Below, one piece after another: positions 1 through 9,028 of a stretch of 26,379 nt of DNA. Origin of the DNA: Candidatus Heimdallarchaeota archaeon. Its GTDB lineage: Archaea; Asgardarchaeota; Heimdallarchaeia; Hodarchaeales; Hodarchaeaceae. Position numbers and translations under genes: made by a program. The notes below the pieces were generated by a model that worked only from the letters and a program-made list of their open reading frames with translations, searched no databases and had not been told where the DNA came from. The stretch spans positions 1-26,379 of the forward strand of contig JBHLSH010000054.1 of assembly GCA_048881705.1 (NCBI GenBank). The letters are read 5' to 3'. The stretch's first letter is position 1, and each line of letters begins with the position of its first letter.

Positions 1-2
1 TC

Positions 3-23
3 CTGAGACGCAAGGAACGTTAA
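3..23 (+). CDS. Possible 3' end of an upstream CDS (reads LRRKER*)
   Basis: Open frame ending in TAA at 21-23, directly abutting the TTG at 24. Too short to identify. Confidence 0.25.
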   Translation: MRRKER

Positions 24-989
24 TTGATGCAGTCTCTGGTAAATAAAATACTTCAAGGGGACAAGAGAGCGGTTGCACGGGCAATTACTCTTGTTGAAAA
101 CCAATTCCAATATTATCGTGACATAATAAAGCAGATTTTTCCAGCAACAGGGAAGTCCTTCATTGTGGGTATTACTGGACCTCCAGGATCGGGGAAATCT
201 ACATTAGTAAATAATATTGCAGAAGATCTGCTCAAACGCCAAAAACGAGTAGGAATCATCGCTGTTGATCCTTCGTCACCGTTTAGCGGCGGGGCGCTTT
301 TAGGCGACAGAATTCGAATGACCTCCATCCAGGGAGATCCAGATATCTTTATCAGGTCGATGGGATCTCGTGGAAGGCCTGGTGGGTTGGCAAGGGCTAC
401 TACTGACGCAATTCGTATTCTTGAAGCGGCTGGATTTGATCCAATCATAGTGGAAACCGTTGGTGCCGGCCAATCCGAAATTGAAATTGTTAAAACAGCT
501 CATACAACCATTGTAATAGGAATCCCTGGTGCGGGGGATGCTGTTCAAGCCATTAAAGCTGGAATCCTTGAGATAGCAGATATCTATGTAGTTAACAAAG
601 CGGATCGTCCAGGTGCTAATGAGCTGGTCAATGAATTGCAGCTTCTTCTGAGTCTCTCTCCAATAACTGAAGAATTGTCCGAATGGAGAATTCCCGTTCT
701 TAAAACATCCAATATACACCCATTGCAGGGCATTTCCGAGCTGACAGATACCATCATTAGGCACCAAAAGTTTTTGCTTGACCCGAAAAATCGTGAATAC
801 GCTCGTGAGCGAGAATTTGTTCGTCGAAAGAGCGAAATCCAAGAAATAATAAAGTATGAAATCTTTGAGAATATGTTAGAGAATCTATATGACCGTCAGC
901 AATGGGAGGAAGTTCTTCAACAGGTTATTGATGGAAAAGAAGATCCATACACTGCGGCGGCCAAAATAATGGATCCACTCTTTCAATGA
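24..989 (+). CDS. meaB: MeaB/ArgK-family G3E P-loop GTPase (chaperone of B12-dependent acyl-CoA mutases)
   Basis: Walker A GPPGSGKST, family motif VDPSSPFSGGALLGDRIRM, ETVGAGQSE, G4 NKAD. Start is TTG at 24 or ATG at 27. Confidence 0.92.
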   Translation: MMQSLVNKILQGDKRAVARAITLVENQFQYYRDIIKQIFPATGKSFIVGITGPPGSGKSTLVNNIAEDLLKRQKRVGIIAVDPSSPFSGGALLGDRIRMTSIQGDPDIFIRSMGSRGRPGGLARATTDAIRILEAAGFDPIIVETVGAGQSEIEIVKTAHTTIVIGIPGAGDAVQAIKAGILEIADIYVVNKADRPGANELVNELQLLLSLSPITEELSEWRIPVLKTSNIHPLQGISELTDTIIRHQKFLLDPKNREYAREREFVRRKSEIQEIIKYEIFENMLENLYDRQQWEEVLQQVIDGKEDPYTAAAKIMDPLFQ

Positions 990-1204
990 AATTCTACTTA
1001 TACCTCAGTCATGGATATGGGATTCCAAACAAAGACCAAAACGGATTTTCTCGAGTGTGGCACAGGAATTCTCTTTTATAATGCCAAAGAAGAATTCTTC
1101 AGATAATATGAATCTTAATATACCTAAAGCGTGTTGTTGTTCCCTAGAAACCAAATTGGCGTATCATTCTGGAATGTCCAACTAGTCTATTGAAGTGAAT
1201 TATT

Positions 1205-2611
1205 ATGACCACTCAGGCGATTATCGATAAGACCACAGAGCTTCTTCGCATTCGATTTCCTCTAAAACAGAAATATAGAAACCTGATAGCAATCGGCCTC
1301 TATGGCTTTCTCAGTGCGTTCTTTATTTCACTAATTCTTACCTATTATAACACATGGTACCTAAGACCGACCCTTGGATTGGATGAGACGCATGCAAACA
1401 CGATTTTTAGTTATTCCACCGCGGCAGGATCCGTTGGTCTACTCTTAACCGTAATCATTGGTGGAGCTTTTTCAGATGATTTTCGATCCCGATATGGTGC
1501 CCGTGCGCCTTTTATCTTAGCTGGAACGACTATATCTGGTGCAACCATATTTCTAGTGCCAATTGCAGGTGAGCTATTTCCAATTGAATCCCTCATTATC
1601 ATTTTTCCTGGGTTATTTTTCATCATATACGTTGGTCTGGGTTTGGGGTCATCTCCTGCATATGCCTTGATGTCTGAACTGTTCACTAGAGATCAAAGAG
1701 GATGGGTAGGATTAATTTTGGCCGGTTTCACAACAATCGGATCTTTTGCTGGTATTATCGTGCTTAGAGCGGTTATTGATAATTATGGAATTATAAGAAT
1801 GTTCTTTGTGACAGGTATTCTCTTTTTTATCTGTGGGCTAGCTATATTCTTCTTAGTAGAAAAGGTCAATCCCCCTTTTGAGCCGATAGATCCCACTTTT
1901 CTTGATATAAGAAGTACTCCAAAATACCTTGTAACCTTTGGCGGAAAGGATTTTGGGAAGATGCTCTTGGTTCAGAGTCTTTGGGGTTTTGCAGTCGCCA
2001 GTATTTCCATGTACTTAATAATACATCTCTCAACCCCAGCTGCGATCATAATTATTGGAGAGGGAAATGAGGGTATTGTTCTCATAGTTACTGGAGTAAT
2101 TGCCGCGATTGCGGCTATTCCAGCTGGCCTCATCATTCAACGTATTGGAAAGGTGAAAACAGCGATGGCTGGATCTATAATATATGCGATATATTGCTTC
2201 GGAACTGGATTATTCGGCGCGTCTTCATGGGAGGCTTTGATTTCCCTTGCTGCAATAGCAGGCCTCGGAGCCATATTTATCGAATCAGTGAGAATCTCAT
2301 TGCCAGCAGACTTGGTACCAGAGGGAAAAGAGGCACAATTTATGGGAATTAACCAGTTTGCATCGTCTTGGACTCAACCTCTCGTAGGCCTCCTAGGAGC
2401 TCAGATTTTAAACGTATTTGCCGATAATAATCCGACCTTAATTATCTTCGTTCTAGCAGGAACCGCCTCACTCCTCGCTAGTGGAGTATTGTTCTTCATA
2501 GAATACGAAAAAATGATTTTGGACGAATATAAAAGATGGTACAAGCGTTTTCTGGTTGCCAAAGGGGTCGTGCAAGAGGAATTGAAATATATCGTAAATG
2601 CGTTCAAATAG
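1205..2611 (+). CDS. MFS transporter, GPH/sucrose-symporter-like
   Basis: About 12 hydrophobic segments in two halves; loop motif SDDFRSRYGARAPFILAG resembles GPH/SLC45 motif A; charged C-terminal tail. Confidence 0.85.
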   Translation: MTTQAIIDKTTELLRIRFPLKQKYRNLIAIGLYGFLSAFFISLILTYYNTWYLRPTLGLDETHANTIFSYSTAAGSVGLLLTVIIGGAFSDDFRSRYGARAPFILAGTTISGATIFLVPIAGELFPIESLIIIFPGLFFIIYVGLGLGSSPAYALMSELFTRDQRGWVGLILAGFTTIGSFAGIIVLRAVIDNYGIIRMFFVTGILFFICGLAIFFLVEKVNPPFEPIDPTFLDIRSTPKYLVTFGGKDFGKMLLVQSLWGFAVASISMYLIIHLSTPAAIIIIGEGNEGIVLIVTGVIAAIAAIPAGLIIQRIGKVKTAMAGSIIYAIYCFGTGLFGASSWEALISLAAIAGLGAIFIESVRISLPADLVPEGKEAQFMGINQFASSWTQPLVGLLGAQILNVFADNNPTLIIFVLAGTASLLASGVLFFIEYEKMILDEYKRWYKRFLVAKGVVQEELKYIVNAFK

Positions 2612-2782
2612 GTCGATTTTACCTTTTTCGATGAAATGAATGTCAAGATGAACCTGAGGCGCTTGCTAGGGTTTGGATTATAGTTATGGAAACCCCTGAT
2701 CATTTAAAAATCGATTTAAATCGTCGATGGAGTCTGGGCTCCTTATTTTGCCCTTGATTCGGGTTTCTTGATCCATACATGT

Positions 2783-3865
2783 TTAGAACGAATAACTCTC
2801 TATATTCAGCTCCTGCCTCATGGTCTTTAAATCCTCAAGAATTGAGGCATTGACTGGAATCCCGTTTTTCTTTCGTCTGATCTCTATTTCATATCCCTTT
2901 TCCCCTGCCGTATAGATACGGTCATGGCCGGGAGCTCTTCGTGAATCCCTAAGTCTTCTCAGAATACTTCCTGCTATGATTTTGAATGTTCTCAGTGGTA
3001 AGAAATTCTCGATATTAATGGCAAGGAAAAAATGACCCAATTTATATCCCTTTTCTAAGGTTAGATCTGTTAAAAACGGACCGTCAGAAAGTGCGGCCGT
3101 TAGTATTTCTACAGTAGCCGCATAACCATATCCCTTATGACCACCGAGCGTCTCTCCTTCGCCTCCGAGAGGAAGTAAGGCTGCTGTACCTTTCAATAAA
3201 TCCTGTAAGATTTCATTGCTATTTGTAGACATTATTCCTTCCCCATTAATAACCCAACCACGAGGAATAGGCGTATTCGTCCTAGCTAAAACCTCGATCT
3301 TTCCTCGCTGAGTTATGGAGGTTGCCGCGTCAAACAGAAACGGAAATTCCTCATCAGTCGGGATACCAATTGTAAATGGATTCGTACCCATCATTGGCTC
3401 AGTACCAAACGTAGGAGCGATTGAAGGACGAGCATTTGTCATAGTTATTCCAACCATTCCCTCCTTTACCGCCATCATGCTATAATATCCAGCTATTCCA
3501 AAGTGTGTTGAATTACCAACAGCGACAGCTCCAGTGCCATATTTTTTGGCTTTTTCAATAGCAAGTTGCATCCCACGATAGGCCGCTACATGCCCCATGC
3601 CGTGCCCGGCATCAAGACGAGCAACTGACTGAGAATCTTGGATAACCGTCATTTCTGTGACTGGAGACTGTATCCCTTTCCTAATGCGGTCATAATACAT
3701 TTTTAATCTTTGTACCCCGTGAGATTCAATACCTGTGAGATCGCTTCTTATCAAAACATCTGCACATATCTCTGCATCTTCGGATGGAGTACCTAAACGT
3801 TGGAACACTTCTTTAATGAAATTCTTCAGCTTCTTTGAATCGATAAAGGTTACATTATCAGCCAA
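2783..3865 (-). CDS. Ldh_2-family (malate/sulfolactate/ureidoglycolate/ketimine reductase type) NAD(P)-dependent oxidoreductase
   Basis: GIESHG, NSTHFG, GTNP, DAATS and GGHKGYG motifs. TTG start preceded by GAGAGGT. Confidence 0.88.
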   Translation of the reverse strand: MADNVTFIDSKKLKNFIKEVFQRLGTPSEDAEICADVLIRSDLTGIESHGVQRLKMYYDRIRKGIQSPVTEMTVIQDSQSVARLDAGHGMGHVAAYRGMQLAIEKAKKYGTGAVAVGNSTHFGIAGYYSMMAVKEGMVGITMTNARPSIAPTFGTEPMMGTNPFTIGIPTDEEFPFLFDAATSITQRGKIEVLARTNTPIPRGWVINGEGIMSTNSNEILQDLLKGTAALLPLGGEGETLGGHKGYGYAATVEILTAALSDGPFLTDLTLEKGYKLGHFFLAINIENFLPLRTFKIIAGSILRRLRDSRRAPGHDRIYTAGEKGYEIEIRRKKNGIPVNASILEDLKTMRQELNIESYSF

Positions 3866-3934
3866 CTTGCTTGACCTCTCAAAAAGCAGGATCCCCGTGG
3901 ACGATCATTTTTTCCCCCTTAGGGGAGGATACGG

Positions 3935-5662
3935 TTAGGAATTCATTTCGATGGCTTGAAGTAGCGAGTGAAGCATGGCCTGTATATCTTTTGGTGTGAA
4001 AGCTGGCGGCGAAAGCATATTATCGATTTTTATATAAGCTACGGGTCGTGGAAAGAGCTGCGCCTCTGGGATTCGCTTTTTAATAAGATGAGAATCAGTT
4101 TCTGGGTTTAGGAGTTGAATTATTTTAAAAGGCTCGTAGATCATCTTAGCTTCAGCCAAAATCCCTTGAACCACACTATTATTCGGTTTTCCGAAGATTA
4201 AAACTTCGATAGGGCTTTCAATTAAGTGATAAAGCGAAATCACAAATTCAGGCGGAAATGGAACTTCACGAGACACGTCTAGATATGCTGAATAGCTGGC
4301 AATGCATCTTTTAGCCATTTCACGCCATTTGGATTCACCAGTAATATGAGAAAGGATGGTAAGGTTTCTTACTAAGGCTGTGGTGTCCTGGATACGATAG
4401 AGCGCTTTTGATAACGGTTGAAATTCGAAAGAAGGGAATGAAGCTCTATCGTTAAACAAAAAATTCTTGGAGTCAAGGTAATGTGAAGTAACCATCTCTG
4501 TCATGTGTATTACTCGATCCAGATATCTCCCTGTATTCGAATACAATCGTAGAAGGAGATTGAGATAGGCTGCTTGATCTCGTAGGAGATATTGATTTTC
4601 GCACGGATTTAATATATTATGAGGGATCCCGTATTCCGTTTCGTGAGAATTTAGAATTCGAACAATACTTTCCATGTAGGCAAGATTTGTGGATTCGCCA
4701 AATTCCCTAAGGAAGATTTCATTAGTGTCTAGAATAAGACAAGCCACATCGCAATTACCTTTAGGATCATAAAAAGAGTAAGGTTTCTCAGTTGTAGCAC
4801 CGTACCGAAACATTCCAGCTGATTTATCCCATAAGGACTTTTTCATAAATGAGAAAGTTTTTTCTACTGTTTTTAGTATTCTTAAGTCACCTGTTAATTG
4901 GTAGGTGTGAAAAATGTTTTGACTGATGGCAATATTGTTCTCCAACGTTTTTCGTTTATCGAGAGGCTGCCAATTAGAGGTTGCGGCTTGATAGAACCCG
5001 TTTTCTTTGGGATCCTGCAACCCTTTTACCGTTGTATTATATAAATCCAAGACAAGATTGAGGAGTGATCCATCGCGTGAGCGATGGTACAAAAGTAGAA
5101 GAAATTCAATGGCAGAACTAAAATGATGCTTAGTTCCCCCTGGTTCCTTCCATCCCCCATCTTTCTTGTCATATCTTTCAAGTAAAAAGGACAGGGTGGT
5201 CTCAGCGATGAGTTCGAATATTTCAGGATCGAGTTTTGCAGAATTCCTTCCAGGAAGGTTATAAGAAACTTGCCCGTCTAGTTCCAAGCGAGGATTCATA
5301 TCCCGTGAAAGCTGTTTTTTTAAACTCTCTAAAGACCTAAGGATAACTCTCGGTGATTTTTCATTACAATATCCTATAAATTCCCCGTGAGAAGCACAAT
5401 GGATTGGATGCGTCCATCCCCGATTATCAGCGAATCGCTCATACAATTCGGGAAATCTATGAACATCTATTTGGACTGGGATATATTGAGTATTTAGAAC
5501 AGATTGAATCGATGGTACTGAGAGAATGTCTCGTTCGAACGCCTCACAAGTAGAGCAAAGTTCTTCTTTAAAAATCAAAATGATGGGTCGGTCTTCATCT
5601 CTCGAGGTTTCCCAAGTTGCCTTGGTCGGTTGAAAAAATTGTAGCTTACTTAGTTCTCCCAC
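3935..5662 (-). CDS. YyaL/SSP411-like protein: N-terminal thioredoxin-like CxxC domain plus probable alpha/alpha-barrel
   Basis: CSTC followed by VLNTQYIPVQIDVHRFPELYERF; later DKKDGGW, DPKENGFY, KRKTLENN and LRDQAAY segments match the YyaL layout; C-terminal YEPFKII and VAYI. GTG start. Confidence 0.75.
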   Translation of the reverse strand: MGELSKLQFFQPTKATWETSRDEDRPIILIFKEELCSTCEAFERDILSVPSIQSVLNTQYIPVQIDVHRFPELYERFADNRGWTHPIHCASHGEFIGYCNEKSPRVILRSLESLKKQLSRDMNPRLELDGQVSYNLPGRNSAKLDPEIFELIAETTLSFLLERYDKKDGGWKEPGGTKHHFSSAIEFLLLLYHRSRDGSLLNLVLDLYNTTVKGLQDPKENGFYQAATSNWQPLDKRKTLENNIAISQNIFHTYQLTGDLRILKTVEKTFSFMKKSLWDKSAGMFRYGATTEKPYSFYDPKGNCDVACLILDTNEIFLREFGESTNLAYMESIVRILNSHETEYGIPHNILNPCENQYLLRDQAAYLNLLLRLYSNTGRYLDRVIHMTEMVTSHYLDSKNFLFNDRASFPSFEFQPLSKALYRIQDTTALVRNLTILSHITGESKWREMAKRCIASYSAYLDVSREVPFPPEFVISLYHLIESPIEVLIFGKPNNSVVQGILAEAKMIYEPFKIIQLLNPETDSHLIKKRIPEAQLFPRPVAYIKIDNMLSPPAFTPKDIQAMLHSLLQAIEMNS

Positions 5663-5729
5663 TGAAAACCTTCCTTACGATAGTTCCATCTTGGTTTCTT
5701 AGCAGCTGATCCAGTGCCGATTAAATAGC

Positions 5730-7175
5730 TTAAAAATATGTATGCTTTTCTGCAATTTGATCAAGTTCGCGCTGAATGGACGGGTCAATCGGATTTCGAG
5801 GCGTTTTTTGGATGAGAACTTCTGCTAACTTCTTTGCTTGTTGACGCGATGACAAACCCCCATTATTTTCCCAGGTTTCGCGCGTATCACGGTTTATGAT
5901 CTGTAGGCCTTCAACTTTGAAGGGAAGGTATAGTTCTTTTCGGAATAGTTTAAGAGTGGAGGGATGTGATAATAATGACAGATTAGGATCATAATCTGCC
6001 AATATTTCTGAAGCAAAAGGGGCACCGTAATCAGTAATGCCGTTAACAAGACGATTCGCCATACCTATAATTTCGTGATCGATTATCAACTTTTCCACTG
6101 ATTGGGTGGATTCGAAATCCAGCATACCTCCTCCTGAAATCATGTTAATTCCCGCCAATGCTGCCAATGCTGCCCCTATTCCTGCCTCAAACCCGGCCTG
6201 TGCATCAGGCACCTTGGAATCTGACAACCCCATATACGCATGCGTTGGAAGCCTCAAAAACTTCCCGATCTGAGCATCCGCGATATTAATCATCATGGTT
6301 TCAATTGCGCCCATGGGAGTGGTTCCTGTTTTCATATCAAATACTGCGGGAGAACCTCCCCAGATAACAGGCGAACCAAGTTTTGTTAATTGGGCAATAG
6401 CTACACCTGCTAACGATTCCGCGGTATGTTGAGTTACACAACCAATTAGTGAGATCGGAGCAGTGGATCCTGCTAATGGCATGGAAACGATCTCCGAGGG
6501 GATTCCCGCCTTGGCTCCATCTATGATTGATTGGGTAGTTAAATTGGACCACATTAATGGCGGAGAGGGACATGCATCAAAAATTGCCATTGGTTTTTCG
6601 GCCAATTTTTGGGGGGATCCCCTTACCGCCTCTAATAGATCAGACATAACCTGAAAACTTTCAACTTGGAAAGTTCCCGTTATAACCGGTTTGGAACAAT
6701 GCAATAATGCCAGATAAAGACGATGCCAATCCTGAGCTTCTTTAGGAACATCTGCGTAAACTATCGCGGTGGATTGAGCAGAGTAATTCGGCAAGTGATC
6801 GACGATCTGTGTAAACATAATAAAGTCAGATGAACGAGCCTCTCTGATCTCCCCAGAGGCAGGATCCTGGAAAAAAATCGCTGCACTCCCTGGATCGAAA
6901 TTGATGTTGTCACCAGAAAGTTCACAGGAAAACTTCCCCTCCCGATTGTAAAGCCGAATTCTTTTGGGCACACTATCGAGTAGTCGGTCGATCAGATCTG
7001 AAGGTAGAAAGTACCTTTCACCTTTTTTATGAATCTCTTCTTTGTCAAGAAGCGATTGGGCCTCCTTATTCTCAATAAGAACCCCTTGGGTCTCAAGAAT
7101 TCCTTTTGCTTCTAAAAAGATCTTTTCAAGGTGGTCTCTGTCTAGAAGTTCAATTTTGGGCCTGATGATTGTCAT
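5730..7175 (-). CDS. mttB: MttB-superfamily methylamine/quaternary-amine:corrinoid methyltransferase, non-pyrrolysine type
   Basis: SPPLMW, MPLAGSTAPISLIG, SDSKVPDAQAGFE and GGMLDFESTQSVEKLIIDHE motifs. No in-frame TAG; Leu317 (TTG, 6225-6227) sits where Pyl is expected. GGTGAT ribosome-binding site at 7179-7184. Confidence 0.9.
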   Translation of the reverse strand: MTIIRPKIELLDRDHLEKIFLEAKGILETQGVLIENKEAQSLLDKEEIHKKGERYFLPSDLIDRLLDSVPKRIRLYNREGKFSCELSGDNINFDPGSAAIFFQDPASGEIREARSSDFIMFTQIVDHLPNYSAQSTAIVYADVPKEAQDWHRLYLALLHCSKPVITGTFQVESFQVMSDLLEAVRGSPQKLAEKPMAIFDACPSPPLMWSNLTTQSIIDGAKAGIPSEIVSMPLAGSTAPISLIGCVTQHTAESLAGVAIAQLTKLGSPVIWGGSPAVFDMKTGTTPMGAIETMMINIADAQIGKFLRLPTHAYMGLSDSKVPDAQAGFEAGIGAALAALAGINMISGGGMLDFESTQSVEKLIIDHEIIGMANRLVNGITDYGAPFASEILADYDPNLSLLSHPSTLKLFRKELYLPFKVEGLQIINRDTRETWENNGGLSSRQQAKKLAEVLIQKTPRNPIDPSIQRELDQIAEKHTYF

Positions 7176-7183
7176 TCCATCAC

Positions 7184-8107
7184 CTATTCGTTGTTTGACA
7201 AATGAATGTCTATAGCTGAGCGTAACATTTCAATGTGAGCGGGGCCGGTCCCACAACATCCCCCAATTATCTGTATATCGTTTTGGAGTACTTGCTGCAT
7301 ATCAGAGGTGAATTCTTGGGGTGTTTGATTATATCTAGGAACTCCATTCACTAATTCAGGTTGACCTGCATTCGGTTTAATACTCAAAGGGTAATCAGGT
7401 TCCCCTAATTCTATTAATTCACGTCGCATCTGTGAGGAAAGACCGATAAATTCTTTAGATCCCATTGTACAGTTTGAACCGATCACTCGAACCTTCATTT
7501 CCAACATTGTTTCGAGAAACTGAGTGAGAGAGTTTCCCATGATCGTAAAAAACCCATTACGAGTTTCCCGAAAGGTTAGACTAGCAACGATCGGCTTTGA
7601 AGATTCACCTTGGACAGCTCTGATTGCTGCTACTAGTTCCGTAAGATCAGAAAAGGTTTCCAGGTGCCAAGCGTCCACATATGTGTCTAGAACTTGTGTT
7701 TGAAGTCTGAATCCTGATTCCATTTCTTCTATGGATCCTTGACCGACGGGAGGTAGGAAATCACCACTAGGACCAATATCCCCAATAATGAGACGTCCTA
7801 CTGGACGTACATTGCTCAAAACATAACCAGCAGCTCGATTAATACGACGAACTTGTTCAGCATCTTCGATTCCAGCTCCCTTTAGCGCAACTGTGTTAGC
7901 TCTGAAGGTTGCAGTTTGTACCATATCGCTTCCAACACTATAATACTTATGAAAAAGGTCCTTAATGGTCTCAGGATGCCGTATATTCCATAAATCCGGG
8001 ACTTCTCCAGGTTTTAGTCCGCGAGTCATTAGTTCAGTACCCAATGACCCGTCAAAAAGGAGAATTTTTCTCTCTTCTAGCAAACTGTCCAAAGAAATCG
8101 CAATCAA
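7184..8107 (-). CDS. Stand-alone homocysteine S-methyltransferase domain (MetH N-terminal/BHMT fold)
   Basis: DGSLGTEL, GDIGPSG, LETF, GSNC, KPNAGQP and IGGCCGT.P.HI, with all three zinc-ligand cysteines. TTG start; exact start uncertain by a few codons. Confidence 0.92.
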   Translation of the reverse strand: MIAISLDSLLEERKILLFDGSLGTELMTRGLKPGEVPDLWNIRHPETIKDLFHKYYSVGSDMVQTATFRANTVALKGAGIEDAEQVRRINRAAGYVLSNVRPVGRLIIGDIGPSGDFLPPVGQGSIEEMESGFRLQTQVLDTYVDAWHLETFSDLTELVAAIRAVQGESSKPIVASLTFRETRNGFFTIMGNSLTQFLETMLEMKVRVIGSNCTMGSKEFIGLSSQMRRELIELGEPDYPLSIKPNAGQPELVNGVPRYNQTPQEFTSDMQQVLQNDIQIIGGCCGTGPAHIEMLRSAIDIHLSNNE

Positions 8108-8139
8108 CCTCGTTACTTCTATATCTCAACAATTTCGAT

Positions 8140-8784
8140 TCAAGAAGGGCTTGTTAGTTTTTTGGCTAACTCCACAGCGGAAACGGCATTATCGGCATAA
8201 CCATCGGCGCCACACTCATCGACCCATGCTCTCGTTACTGGGGCTCCTCCTAGCATGATCTTAACTGTATTCCTAATGCCTGCCTTCTCTGCCAAATCCA
8301 CAACCCGTTTTTGACCTGTCATTGTTGTAGTTAATAGGGCAGATACCCCAATTAAATTGGCATCGTGCTCCTTTGCTGCGGCCACTATATCCTCTGCAGC
8401 AATATCAGCACCTAAATCAATTACTTTATAGCCATTAGCTCTCAACATAGTAGAAACGATCGTTTTTCCAATAGAATGTATGTCTCCTTCTATGGTAGCC
8501 ATTATAACGGTTCCTTTAATCTTCCTTGTCATAGTTTCGGCCAGGTGAGGAGTGATAATTTCAACAGCTTGGCGCATTATTTCAGCTCCCATCATTAATT
8601 CAGGTAGAAAAAATTCTCCTTGATCCCATAGATCTCCGACTTTTCGGATTCCTTCTCCGAACCCTTTTTCGATAACTTCGAGAAGAGGTAGATTATCTCT
8701 TATTGCACTATGTGCCAGCTGCTTTGCTCTTTCCAAATCGAGTTCCACAACGCTTGTGGCCATTTCATCAAACATATCACTCAT
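8140..8784 (-). CDS. Methyltransferase cognate corrinoid protein (MttC/MtbC-like)
   Basis: Helical cap GFGEGIRKVGDLWDQGEFFLPEL, B12 motif GDIHSIG, SALLTTTM, GGAPV. I prefer ATG 8784 to the track's 8823 because GGTGAT lies at 8789-8794. Confidence 0.93.
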   Translation of the reverse strand: MSDMFDEMATSVVELDLERAKQLAHSAIRDNLPLLEVIEKGFGEGIRKVGDLWDQGEFFLPELMMGAEIMRQAVEIITPHLAETMTRKIKGTVIMATIEGDIHSIGKTIVSTMLRANGYKVIDLGADIAAEDIVAAAKEHDANLIGVSALLTTTMTGQKRVVDLAEKAGIRNTVKIMLGGAPVTRAWVDECGADGYADNAVSAVELAKKLTSPS

Positions 8785-9028
8785 AGCAATCACCAAAGGG
8801 ATGTACTTCACCCGAAACGTCAATATGCCCTGCTGGCGAGTTGTTCGAATTTCTTACTATTTGTTTTTCCCCTCGCCCGATCTGGAAAATATCAAATTTA
8901 TTTGGTAATTCGCGATAAAATGCTCGATTACTCTTCCACTAATCCTAGGTTTCCAATTTCTACTTCGAACTAGCAGTGAAGTCAATAACCTGAGTTCCAA
9001 CTCTGAGCTTCAGCGAAACTTGTCCAGT

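Noticed and set aside
987-1106. Frame stays open after the meaB TGA, including a 31-codon ORF at 1011-1106 (possible Sec readthrough or small protein)
   Set aside because: MeaB is already full length, TGA is not at a catalytic position, and the small ORF has no ribosome-binding site and overlaps TATA-like sequence and an inverted repeat (1066-1097).
2609-2683. Frame stays open for 23 codons after the MFS TAG (possible pyrrolysine readthrough)
   Set aside because: An open run this short is common by chance, no pyl genes are in the window, and the MttB homolog itself lacks an amber codon.
2712-2723. 12-bp palindrome CGATTTAAATCG between convergent genes
   Set aside because: AT-rich, single copy and not in a promoter position.
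8785-9028. Possible cobalamin or SAM riboswitch upstream of the corrinoid gene
   Set aside because: Only short stems (GGCGAG/CTCGCC, 8835-8877); no B12-box or SAM-I consensus seen. An Infernal search would settle it.
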